From: Bacteroidota bacterium
GTDB taxonomy: Bacteria; Bacteroidota; Bacteroidia; Chitinophagales; Saprospiraceae
NCBI GenBank assembly: GCA_039821145.1
Contig: JBCBOS010000031.1
Coordinates: 74,103 to 98,102, forward strand
Direction of reading: 5' to 3'
DNA length: 24,000 bases
Shown here: one piece after another, positions 16,539 to 24,000 of the stretch
How positions within the stretch are numbered: position 1 is the first letter of the stretch
How the letters are laid out: every line of letters starts with the position of its first letter
Translations under genes and position numbers: made by a program
The notes under the pieces: generated by a model
The model's database searches: none
What the model was told of the DNA's origin: nothing
Seen by the model: only the letters and a program-made list of their open reading frames with translations

Positions 16539-17429
16539 CTATTCCTTGGCCAGCCAGCCAAATGCATTGCGCGCCTTTTGGCTGTCGAGCGAAACATTGG
16601 CCGGACGGGCGGCGGGCATTGATACGTCCTTTTGCAAACTCGGTCGAATCAGTTCCGTAGGCAGGCTCTCCTCTTGGGCATGGTGGACAATGAAATCGTA
16701 GCGAGACATTGGCTGATCTCCTCCCAAGTGCCAAATGCCTGATGCTCCCAATTCCAACAAGGCCAACAAACCCTCAACAGCATCTCGGGCGTGAAGCGCC
16801 GTTCTGATTTCGTCGGTAAAGGCATAGACTTCCCGCCCTTCCCTCAAGGCTTTCAACCAATGGATGAGAAAGGAAGGGATGGATTCGTCTGTGCTGTACA
16901 TTAGCGGCATGCGGGCAACCGTGGCACGGGAATGAACTCCAAGGATTTGTTGCTCGGCCCGGGCCTTTTGCTGGCCGTATAAGTTGACAGGCCCTGTGGC
17001 ATCTTCCTCTGCATAAGGAGCTGAAGCCCCGTCAAAAACCAAGTCAGTGGAGGTAAAGACGAAGGGGATGTCCCGCTCTGCTGCCAGCTTCGCCAGGTGT
17101 ACACTCGCCTGCACATTGACCTTCTCTGACAAGTCGGGATGTTCTTCACAAAAATTGGGTTGGGCGCAGGCGGCCAGGTGCAGGATGGCATCGGGATGAA
17201 GCTTGTCCAGGAGGGCTCTGCTGGCTGTGGGATCGCTGATGTCGAGCTGGAAGCAGTCCATCGCCGAGGAAGACGGCTGGTGCTTGTGGTAGGTGCCCAG
17301 CAACTGCCAGTGGGGCGAATAAAGGCGAGCCAAGTGCTGGCCCAAAAATCCAGAAATGCCAGTGACGAGTAATTTTTTCAAAGCGCAACTTTTGTGGGCA
17401 ATATAGAAAGAAGGGAGCAGAAAGAGCAT
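16539..17429 (-). CDS. RmlD-like NAD(P)-dependent sugar-nucleotide reductase (dTDP-4-dehydrorhamnose reductase family)
   Basis: Motifs are 'KKLLVTGISGFLG', 'FTSTDLVFDG', the catalytic 'YGQQKARAE' and 'ARPANVSLDSQKA'. The ATG at 17429 adds 17 atypical residues. A TTG at 17381, giving MKKLLVTG..., is an equally plausible start. Confidence 0.8.
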   Translation of the reverse strand: MLFLLPSFYIAHKSCALKKLLVTGISGFLGQHLARLYSPHWQLLGTYHKHQPSSSAMDCFQLDISDPTASRALLDKLHPDAILHLAACAQPNFCEEHPDLSEKVNVQASVHLAKLAAERDIPFVFTSTDLVFDGASAPYAEEDATGPVNLYGQQKARAEQQILGVHSRATVARMPLMYSTDESIPSFLIHWLKALREGREVYAFTDEIRTALHARDAVEGLLALLELGASGIWHLGGDQPMSRYDFIVHHAQEESLPTELIRPSLQKDVSMPAARPANVSLDSQKARNAFGWLAKE

Positions 17430-17449
17430 TTTTTTGTACCTTTCTGCCT

Positions 17450-18310
17450 ATGTCTAAAACCGCTCGCAACCACTTGGAAGACGTCATAGAATATTACGAC
17501 CGAACCCGCTTCGACTACCGGGTCGCCTGGGACGATTCTGAACATCCAGCAGTCCATTTTGGCTTTTATGACGAACAGGCCAGCAACCACAAAGATGCCT
17601 TGATGAATACCAACCGGGTACTGGCCGACCGGGTGAATGCACAGGCCGGAGAGCGTCTGCTCGACGCTGGATGTGGGCGTGGTGGCAGTTGTTTTTGGTT
17701 GGCAAAAAACAGGCAAGTTCGTCCGACGGGCATCACTCCCGTGGCCAGTCAGATCAAAGATTGTCAGGAACAGGCCCAGAAGTTGGGCTTGCAGGAACAA
17801 GTCAACTTTGTCCAAGCCGATTACTGCCAGACAGATTTTGCCGATGCCAGTTTTGACATTGTCTGGGCCTGCGAAAGCCTTTGTCATGCCCAGCAAAAAG
17901 GAGACTTTTACAGGGAAGCATTCCGCCTGCTGCGCCCCGGTGGCCGCCTGATCATCGCAGAGTACATTCGACAAAAACGCCCATTGGCTGCCCGAGAAGA
18001 ACAACTGCTCGCCGCCTGGCTCAACCGCTGGGCCATCCAAGACATCGACAGCCAAGACGAGCACCTTTCCCATGCCCAACAGGCGGGCTTTGCCAAGGTC
18101 GAGATGGAAAACGTCACGCCATTTACCCGCACCTCCTTGCGCAATCTACACCGCAATGCCAGCAACTGGCTGTGGCTGAGTCACTTGCTCCGCTGGACAG
18201 GCCTGCGCTCCAAAGTACAACACGCCAACATGCTGGGGTCCATTCGACAGTACGAAGCCTTGGAACACGATCTTTGGTTTTATGCCATCCTCACAGCGGT
18301 CAAGCCTTGA
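17450..18310 (+). CDS. Class I SAM-dependent methyltransferase (gamma-tocopherol MT / RebM-like subfamily)
   Basis: 'VIEYYDRTRFDYRVAWDDSEHPAVHFGFYD' is the YYD...W...HxGxY N-terminal signature. SAM motif I is 'LLDAGCGRGGSCFWLA', and 'LRPGGRLIIAEY' is also present. It lacks the Cys pattern expected of ArsM. Confidence 0.85.
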   Translation: MSKTARNHLEDVIEYYDRTRFDYRVAWDDSEHPAVHFGFYDEQASNHKDALMNTNRVLADRVNAQAGERLLDAGCGRGGSCFWLAKNRQVRPTGITPVASQIKDCQEQAQKLGLQEQVNFVQADYCQTDFADASFDIVWACESLCHAQQKGDFYREAFRLLRPGGRLIIAEYIRQKRPLAAREEQLLAAWLNRWAIQDIDSQDEHLSHAQQAGFAKVEMENVTPFTRTSLRNLHRNASNWLWLSHLLRWTGLRSKVQHANMLGSIRQYEALEHDLWFYAILTAVKP

Positions 18311-18422
18311 GAGCAGCTTGGGAACCCATGAATTGGGCCACAAATGCCACTTTTAACGATCTGCAACTATCTTTCGCAGAGGAAATCTTGTAAATTGTCT
18401 CATAAAATCAAGCGCAAGACTT

Positions 18423-20315
18423 ATGAGACTAAATCTTATCTTCTTTCTACTGGCCTTTTGTTTTGGCAATGCCTACGGGCAAATCACCTATACCGCTGCT
18501 GATTATGCCGAGCCCGGCGATGAGTTTTTGCTCAGCACCGCCTCGATCGACTCCCTCAATCTACCAGACTTTGCCCAGGCAGGGGCCGATGTCAGTTGGG
18601 ACTTTTCCGATCTCGCCATTCTCACACAAGATTCCATCTACTTTACCTCTGCAGACAATTCCGGCTATCAGCAAGGATTCATCTTTACCTGTGTGGCCAG
18701 TGGTGGCAATATCTTTCAGTGCAACCAATTGTGGACAGAACTGGTCAACCTCGGCATCAAAGGAGAATTGGACATCAACCTGCCCAACATCCCCATCACG
18801 GACATTGCCCGCCTGACCAATAAATCCAACGCGGCCTTGGCCAATACGATGGTGGGCCTCACCGTAGAACAGGGAGGCTTCAGCTTGCCCCTCACCAATG
18901 TCTACACCGACATCGATACCCTCTATCGCTTCCCGATGGAGTACCAAAACCAGCATCGTTCAACCGGACGGGTGATTGTGGGGATTCAAGACGGTCCGAC
19001 GGGAGACCTTGGCTTGGCCACCAATACCGTCCGCAACAGTGTCGTGGAAGGATACGGCAGCCTTGTCACCCCCTACCGATCTTATGGTCAGACCCTCAAG
19101 CTAAAATCCACCGTTCTCAATACAGACACCCTCATTTTGGATACCATAAGAACGGCCATTCCCCCAAATACCACTGTCACCTATGAATGGTTCGACTTGG
19201 AATATGGGGTCCCTGTACTGTCTGTCACAGCCACTCAAATTGGAAATTTTGAGCTGGTAACCAATATTCAGTTCATCGATACGGCCCGCTGCCTGGAGCC
19301 ATTGGCCTTGTACTTGTCAACCCCTCTGCAGCCCATTGTCGACATCAACGGAAATGTGGAGGTGACCTTTACCAACCAAAGCCTCAATGCAGACAGCCTC
19401 GTTTGGGATTTTGGCGACGGCCAGACAAGTACAGAAGAAAGTCCCGTCCATACGTACAGCGGAGGAGAAAATACCTACATCGTTCAGCTCATTGCTTGCA
19501 ATACCCAACAAAACTGCACGCCGCCCATTTGCGATACCTTGCAGTTGCCCTTGACCATACAAGACACCACAGCCAGCGGTCCGATCGACGCACTCTTTAC
19601 CGCTCCAGCAGAAGGCTGCCAAGGCAATCCTGTGGTTTTTCAAAACAACTCTGACAATGCCAGCAGGTATTTGTGGAACTTTGGAGACAACAATACCTCT
19701 ACCAACCCCAGTCCGACCCACAGCTACCAACAGCCCGGTGAATACAAGATCACACTCATCGCATCCAATCGAACGGACGTAGACAGCAGCAGCCAAAGCA
19801 TTGTGATCCTTCCCGCGCCAGAACCTGCTCTGGGCAATGACACCACGATCAACATCGATGGATCTGTCGTCTTGAGTCCAGGAACATTCAGCTCCTACCT
19901 TTGGTCCGATGGCACGACTGGATCATCCATCTCTTTGGATGCCTCCCAGCTGGGACAAGGCACTTTTTTGTATGCTGTCACGGTGACGGATGAGGAAGGC
20001 TGCAGCGCATCGGATGAGGTGTCGATCACGGTCAGAGACCTGTCCAGTCTAGCTGAGGTAATTGACGGCTACAAGTTGGAGATTTTCCCATCTCCGGTAC
20101 AAGATTGGCTGCACATACAAGTTGAGGCAGTCCAAGGAGTTGCCCAGCCGTCTGAATGGCGCATTGCGCTCTATGATTTGAGTGGAAAGATGTTGTTGAC
20201 AGAGCAAATGCAAAACGAACTGCACAAGGTCGACTTGTCCAATTGGCCTGCCGGCGTGTATTTGCTGCGCGTACAGCTGGATCAGCAGTTCAAAACCTTC
20301 AAAATCGTCCGCTAA
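18423..20315 (+). CDS. Secreted PKD-repeat protein with a T9SS type A C-terminal sorting domain
   Basis: The signal peptide is MRLNLIFFLLAFCFGNAYGQ. Two PKD-like repeats are present ('FTNQSLNADSLVWDFGDGQTSTEESPVHTYS' and 'FQNNSDNASRYLWNFGDNNTSTNPSPTHSYQQPGEYKITLIASN'). The C-terminal CTD reads 'LEIFPSPVQDWLHIQ...IALYDLSGKMLL...GVYLLRVQ'. Confidence 0.85.
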   Translation: MRLNLIFFLLAFCFGNAYGQITYTAADYAEPGDEFLLSTASIDSLNLPDFAQAGADVSWDFSDLAILTQDSIYFTSADNSGYQQGFIFTCVASGGNIFQCNQLWTELVNLGIKGELDINLPNIPITDIARLTNKSNAALANTMVGLTVEQGGFSLPLTNVYTDIDTLYRFPMEYQNQHRSTGRVIVGIQDGPTGDLGLATNTVRNSVVEGYGSLVTPYRSYGQTLKLKSTVLNTDTLILDTIRTAIPPNTTVTYEWFDLEYGVPVLSVTATQIGNFELVTNIQFIDTARCLEPLALYLSTPLQPIVDINGNVEVTFTNQSLNADSLVWDFGDGQTSTEESPVHTYSGGENTYIVQLIACNTQQNCTPPICDTLQLPLTIQDTTASGPIDALFTAPAEGCQGNPVVFQNNSDNASRYLWNFGDNNTSTNPSPTHSYQQPGEYKITLIASNRTDVDSSSQSIVILPAPEPALGNDTTINIDGSVVLSPGTFSSYLWSDGTTGSSISLDASQLGQGTFLYAVTVTDEEGCSASDEVSITVRDLSSLAEVIDGYKLEIFPSPVQDWLHIQVEAVQGVAQPSEWRIALYDLSGKMLLTEQMQNELHKVDLSNWPAGVYLLRVQLDQQFKTFKIVR

Positions 20316-20357
20316 ACACTCCTTGTCAGCGGACACATACTCATTGGGGTGAGTGTA

Positions 20358-20394
20358 AATTTAGCCATATGGGTACAGAACTCATATGGCTAAA
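20358..20394. terminator. Strong hairpin between convergent genes, a probable terminator
   Basis: A perfect 13-bp stem pairs atttagccatatg (20358-20370) with catatggctaaat (20382-20394), with an 11-nt loop. Neither side has a clear T-run, so its intrinsic terminator function is uncertain. Confidence 0.4.
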
Positions 20395-20432
20395 TGATAG
20401 GTGGTCAGAAGATTGACCAAAGGAAAAGGCTT

Positions 20433-20927
20433 CTAGTTGGAAGATCTTTCGTAGGCGAACCCTCCTTTCTTGTTTCGAGACCAACTGGTAAACTTGATGT
20501 CGATGGCAATGTTTTCCTCCACCAACAGCATGACGTAGTCGGTTCCAACGATGTTGCGAGGCATGTCTACGACAGTTCTGAAATTTCCAAATGTCAAATT
20601 GTCCAAATCGGCTGTCGTTCCTTCTGCCCAGAGGGTGCCTGCTGGACTGGTATCCTTGCTGGCATCATCTTCTGTCACAGCGTTGAAAATTTGTCCCCCA
20701 CCCTCAGCGCGAGTGATCCATACCAAGTTGGTGATTCGATCTTGGTTGGCCTCCAGGGTGTGGTCCGTATCATCTGGTTTTTCAAAGGTGACAGTTGGCC
20801 CCGACCAAACCGTGATTTGCATTACTGGCGGCACATCTGGCGCCTCCGTCTTGTCGTTGTTGCAAGCCGTAAAAAAAAGAATGCTCAGCAAGGTGATTGA
20901 CAACAAATGAAAATTTGCGTACTTCAT
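20433..20927 (-). CDS. Lipoprotein of unknown function
   Basis: The ORF track opens at 21008. The ATG at 20927 gives MKYANFHLLSITLLSILFFTAC, a signal peptide with a lipobox. The mature part ('...ITVWSGPTVTFEKPDDTDHTLEANQDRITNLVWITRAEGGGQIFN...IDIKFTSWSRNKKGGFAYERSS') has no motif I can assign. Confidence 0.7.
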   Translation of the reverse strand: MKYANFHLLSITLLSILFFTACNNDKTEAPDVPPVMQITVWSGPTVTFEKPDDTDHTLEANQDRITNLVWITRAEGGGQIFNAVTEDDASKDTSPAGTLWAEGTTADLDNLTFGNFRTVVDMPRNIVGTDYVMLLVEENIAIDIKFTSWSRNKKGGFAYERSSN

Positions 20928-21111
20928 AGCAACCAAAAATTGTGATGTTAAGATATTGAGCTGTTTGACAAACGAAGGTAACAACTTATCGGATTTGCGC
21001 TTATACAAAAGGAGAAAATGCCGCGCTGATACCCGTAATTTCCCTTTCGAACGAGCATTTTACAAAAAAACGGGTGTCCTACAGTGCAAAAACGCCTGAG
21101 AATTGAGGCAT

Positions 21112-22701
21112 TTATCCTTTGACCGACATTTCGTCCGATGACAGATGCTGGGCCTTCGAGACGGTCAAGCGGGAGACCAAAATGATGCTGACCAGCCCTG
21201 CCAACATGGCCAAGGTCCGGAATGGAAAGAGGACAACACCATCTTCTATCATTGGATAAGGCAGCAAGATTGGAATGCCCAAAATGGCATCTCCTCCGCC
21301 AAATCGCAAGACAGAAGCGACCGCAAAGCCTGCCAAGGCCCCCCAGCGATTGGCCTTGGGATCGAAAAGGGCACACACCAAGGCGGGAAACAGCAAGCAA
21401 TAGACAAAGTCGCTGCACAAGTACCACAGTTCGTAGACACTCTTGATTTGCAGTGCCAGCAAGGTCGCTGCAATCCCAATGATCCAAATGCACTTTTGTA
21501 TGACCCGGCCCAGCTCGTCGGAAGAAATGTTGGGGCGAAGCAGGGGTTTGTAGACATTCCAGCTGGCCAGGGAAGAAGCCGACAAAATGGAAGAATCCAC
21601 CGACGACATGACTGCCGCTGCTACGGCCCCCAAGCCAATGGTGGCCACCCAGGGATTGGTCAAGTAGCGGACGACATAGGGCAAGGTAGAAGCAGAGTCG
21701 GGCGGGCTGGGCAAGCCCATGGCCGTCCAATCTGTGACCCCTCCGATCATGCCGATGAGTACGGCCGGAATGGCGGCGAGTAGACAGACAAATCCTGCCA
21801 CGATGGACAGCCAGACCGCCGTTTTCGCATTTTTGGCCGACAACACCCGCTGAAAATACACCTGCCAAGCAATCCCTCCGAAGATCAACAACAGCGAATT
21901 GTCCCACCAATTCCAGTAATAATTGCCCAAAGCGGCCTTGGTGGGCCAAAAAGACGCCAAATCGCCGTGTTGCGCCTGATAGAGTTCCCATACTTTTTCC
22001 ATCCCTCCCAAATTGCCCATGGCCGATGGCAGCACGATCAACAGCCCCAGCATCAGCAAAATCATCTGCACCACATCGGTCAGCGCCACCGCCCATAGAC
22101 CTCCGACTGCGGTGTAAGCAATGGCAATGACGGCGGACAAGAGAATGGCAGGTGTCGTATCCAGGCCCAGCACGGTTCCAAAGGTGGTTCCCAAAGCGGT
22201 AAGGATGGCGGCGGTCCAAAACAATTCTCCCGCCAGGGCAGGCAGGAAAAACAAAGCGGTGGTTCGTTTGCCAAATCGCTCCTGCAAGGGGTCGAGCATG
22301 GTGTGGTAGGAACGCGCTCTCATTTTTCCCGCAAAAAACAACCCGCCGATGATCAGACTCATGGCATAGCCCCAGGGGGCCTGTACCCACATCAGCCCAA
22401 AGGAGGCGGTATATTCTGCCGTTCCGTTGATGTAGCCACCCCCAACCCAGGTGGCGCTCATGGTAAAAACGGCCACAAAAAGCGGGATGGATCGGCCGGC
22501 CAGCATCATGTCTTCGCTCTTGCCGTCGTTGCGCTGTCCTGCAATCCAAGCCCCCAACAAAAAGATGATGCCATAGAAGAGGAGCATGGCAAAAAAGCCC
22601 GGCCAAAAGACGTTGGCACCTGCCCAGTATAAATAGGCCCCACCGATGATCAAGGCGGCAAAAGCCATCAAGCTGGGCCAAAGCCCTTTGCGTATCTTCA
22701 T
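21112..22701 (-). CDS. Sodium:solute symporter family transporter closely resembling high-affinity choline transporters (SLC5A7/CHT1-like)
   Basis: Blocks 'FTMSATWVGGGYINGTAE', 'YHTMLDPLQERFGKR', 'GGIAWQVYFQRVLSAKNA', 'GLGAVAAAVMSSVDSSILSASS', 'VYELWYLCSDFVYCLLFPALVCALF' and 'FPFRTLAML' line up with human CHT1 as I remember it. The start is uncertain. I chose the ATG at 22701 (MKIRKGLWPS...). ATGs at 22743 and 22794 would crowd or overlap the divergent pcs gene. Confidence 0.85.
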   Translation of the reverse strand: MKIRKGLWPSLMAFAALIIGGAYLYWAGANVFWPGFFAMLLFYGIIFLLGAWIAGQRNDGKSEDMMLAGRSIPLFVAVFTMSATWVGGGYINGTAEYTASFGLMWVQAPWGYAMSLIIGGLFFAGKMRARSYHTMLDPLQERFGKRTTALFFLPALAGELFWTAAILTALGTTFGTVLGLDTTPAILLSAVIAIAYTAVGGLWAVALTDVVQMILLMLGLLIVLPSAMGNLGGMEKVWELYQAQHGDLASFWPTKAALGNYYWNWWDNSLLLIFGGIAWQVYFQRVLSAKNAKTAVWLSIVAGFVCLLAAIPAVLIGMIGGVTDWTAMGLPSPPDSASTLPYVVRYLTNPWVATIGLGAVAAAVMSSVDSSILSASSLASWNVYKPLLRPNISSDELGRVIQKCIWIIGIAATLLALQIKSVYELWYLCSDFVYCLLFPALVCALFDPKANRWGALAGFAVASVLRFGGGDAILGIPILLPYPMIEDGVVLFPFRTLAMLAGLVSIILVSRLTVSKAQHLSSDEMSVKG

Positions 22702-22742
22702 CTGTTTTGTACTAAAAGTGTTTAATCCCCACAAAATATCCA

Positions 22743-22750
22743 TATTTTTG
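22743..22750 (+). promoter_or_regulatory. Candidate -7 promoter box (TAnnTTTG) for pcs
   Basis: 'tatttttg' matches the consensus. It lies 28 nt upstream of the ATG at 22779 and 58 nt upstream of the ATG at 22809, inside the divergent intergenic region. Confidence 0.3.
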
Positions 22751-22778
22751 GACTTCAGCAGCCAATCACGCTGGACGG

Positions 22779-23516
22779 ATGGATCACTGCTCACACCAAA
22801 TCAACGAGATGCAAAAAGCCCCTACCCTACTGGAAAAATCACTGGCTTGGAGTGTACATATGTTTACTTCCTCTGGCCTGCTCTGTGGTTTCATGGCCAT
22901 ATTGGCCATCAATCGCTCCGATTGGGCGGAGGCCATGTGGTGGCTGCTGGCCAGTTTGGTGATCGATGGCATTGACGGCACCTTTGCCCGCCTGTTCCGG
23001 GTGCAAGAGGTTCTTCCCTACATGAATGGCAAAACCATTGACTATGTGATCGACTTTGCGACCTACGCCATCATCCCCGCCTACTTTTTTTACCAGGCCC
23101 AATTGGTGCCCGACGATTGGCGATTGCCCTGTACTTTTGCCATTTTGTTGTCTTCCGCCCTCTACTACGGCAAAGAGGGAATGGTCTCCGATGACATGTA
23201 CTTTGTGGGCTTTCCCGTGATGTGGAACATGGTGGTGTTTTACCAAGTCTTTGTGGTGCAGATCCCTCCCATGGGACATGTAGCCGCCGTCTTCTTTTTT
23301 GCAGCTCTCCACTTCATTCCCATCAAGTTTGTGTACCCAAGTCAGGCCTCCCGCTATCGGGCCTTCACCCTCGGGCTGACCATCGTATTTTTGCTGACCC
23401 TCCCCCTGATCCTCTATTTGTATCCCAAAAGAAGTCCTTGGTTGACAGGCTTGGCCCTCTTCAACGGTGCTGCCTACGGACTGCTGGCGGTGTACAACAC
23501 CTACATCGAGAAATGA
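22779..23516 (+). CDS. pcs: Phosphatidylcholine synthase (CDP-alcohol phosphatidyltransferase family)
   Basis: 'LAWSVHMFTSSG', 'IDGIDGTFARLFRVQEVLPYMNGKTIDYVIDFATY' (DG-x2-AR-x12-G-x3-D-x3-D) and 'FVGFPVMWNMVVF' closely parallel Sinorhizobium Pcs as I remember it ('SVHILTASG', 'VDGIDGPIARKVQVKEVLPNWSGDTLDNVIDYVTY', 'FSGFPVVWNMVVF'). An alternative start is the ATG at 22809, which has an A-rich context. Confidence 0.9.
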   Translation: MDHCSHQINEMQKAPTLLEKSLAWSVHMFTSSGLLCGFMAILAINRSDWAEAMWWLLASLVIDGIDGTFARLFRVQEVLPYMNGKTIDYVIDFATYAIIPAYFFYQAQLVPDDWRLPCTFAILLSSALYYGKEGMVSDDMYFVGFPVMWNMVVFYQVFVVQIPPMGHVAAVFFFAALHFIPIKFVYPSQASRYRAFTLGLTIVFLLTLPLILYLYPKRSPWLTGLALFNGAAYGLLAVYNTYIEK

Positions 23517-23632
23517 GTGCCTTCGCAAGATTGTGTTGGCAATAAACAGAGGGGCTGCCCCATTTTCTGAATCGATCTTTCTTCCCTTTGGGCAAAAGTG
23601 TGTACTTTTCAGCAAACATACTTTGGAAATCG

Positions 23633-24000
23633 ATGAGTCAAGTCCGGGAGCTACCCTTTGTTCGCCTACTGATCCCCTTCCTTGTGGGCATTGGCATCGC
23701 CTGGTCTCATCCGTTTTCTTTTCCCGCCCTCGATGTTCTGCTCTGGCTGAGTCTTTCACTGGCCATCTACGCTCGCTGGAAGCCCGTCCCCTTCGGCATG
23801 CGGTGGTGGCCTGGTTTGTTGTACAGCTTATTTTTTGGTGTATTGGGACATCAAATGTGCCTGAAAAACAATGAGTTAGCCCATTCTGATCATTTTCACC
23901 ACCACATGACCAAGGACAATGGATGGATCGGTGCCGTCAGTCAACTGCCAGAAGAAGGGAAAAGAATTCGACTGACAATGGAGGTGGATCAGCTGTTGGA
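23633..24000 (+). CDS. ComEC/Rec2-like integral membrane protein, 3'-partial because it runs off the window
   Basis: The frame is open from the ATG at 23633 to the window end. It is absent from the ORF track because it has no stop. I translated it by hand as MSQVRELPFVRLLIPFLVGIGIAWSHPFSFPALDVLLWLSLSLAIYARWKPVPFGMRWWPGLLYSLFFGVLGHQMCLKNNELAHSDHFHHHMTKDNGWIGAVSQLPEEGKRIRLTMEVDQLL. The topology and the 'hydrophobic N-terminus, then ...HF... then ...G.V...P......R..L.V' layout resemble ComEC N-terminal domains. Confidence 0.5.
   Translation, partial: MSQVRELPFVRLLIPFLVGIGIAWSHPFSFPALDVLLWLSLSLAIYARWKPVPFGMRWWPGLLYSLFFGVLGHQMCLKNNELAHSDHFHHHMTKDNGWIGAVSQLPEEGKRIRLTMEVDQLL

Noticed and set aside
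17450-18310. Identifying the methyltransferase as the missing ArsM partner of ArsS
   Set aside because: The protein has the YYD...W...HxGxY signature of tocopherol/RebM-like methyltransferases. It lacks the conserved As(III)-binding cysteine arrangement of ArsM. It is also separated from arsS by two unrelated genes on mixed strands.
20948-22681. A 577-aa ORF on the minus strand in an alternative frame of the transporter gene
   Set aside because: Its translation is an R/G/H/C-rich, off-frame-looking sequence. The 21112-22701 frame gives a near-perfect SSF/CHT-like transporter. I found no evidence of a frameshift or dual coding.
1-24000. A search for CRISPR repeats, tRNA/rRNA genes, IS elements or transposases, integrases, toxin-antitoxin pairs and known defence genes
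   Set aside because: I saw no regularly spaced direct repeats, no tRNA-like T-arm (GGTTCGAATCC-type) sequences in intergenic regions and no transposase, integrase or nuclease-like ORFs. All large ORFs are accounted for by housekeeping, envelope or secreted-protein genes.

Overview
The window reads as an ordinary chromosomal segment of a Bacteroidota genome. The phylum call is an inference from three T9SS C-terminal sorting domains, TAnnTTTG-type -7 boxes, A-rich rather than Shine-Dalgarno start contexts, and many lipobox lipoproteins. It is gene-dense. Housekeeping genes are lysA, valS, waaA/kdtA, a family I pyrophosphatase and pcs. Nucleotide-sugar genes are a UDP-glucuronate decarboxylase, rfbB and an RmlD-like reductase. 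There is also an ECF sigma operon, three T9SS cargo proteins, several small orphan lipoproteins and the 5' end of a ComEC-like gene. I see no rRNA, tRNA, CRISPR array, transposase, integrase, phage gene or recognisable defence system. Four loci deserve a second look. (1) A 73-aa ORF at 7407-7628 has an N-terminus resembling a Bacteroidota double-glycine (GG) RiPP/bacteriocin leader. Its core is Cys-free and Arg-rich, and no maturase or exporter lies in the window. (2) An AhpD-like CxxC protein is paired with an ArsS-type radical-SAM/Cys-rich enzyme (13555-15106), with no ArsM nearby. (3) A transporter strikingly similar to animal CHT1/SLC5A7 choline symporters is transcribed divergently from phosphatidylcholine synthase (21112-23516). 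(4) An exported, lipid-anchored inorganic pyrophosphatase sits in an apparent two-lipoprotein operon (12162-13298). None of these is demonstrably a new system from sequence alone. All family assignments rest on motifs I recognise by eye, not on database searches.
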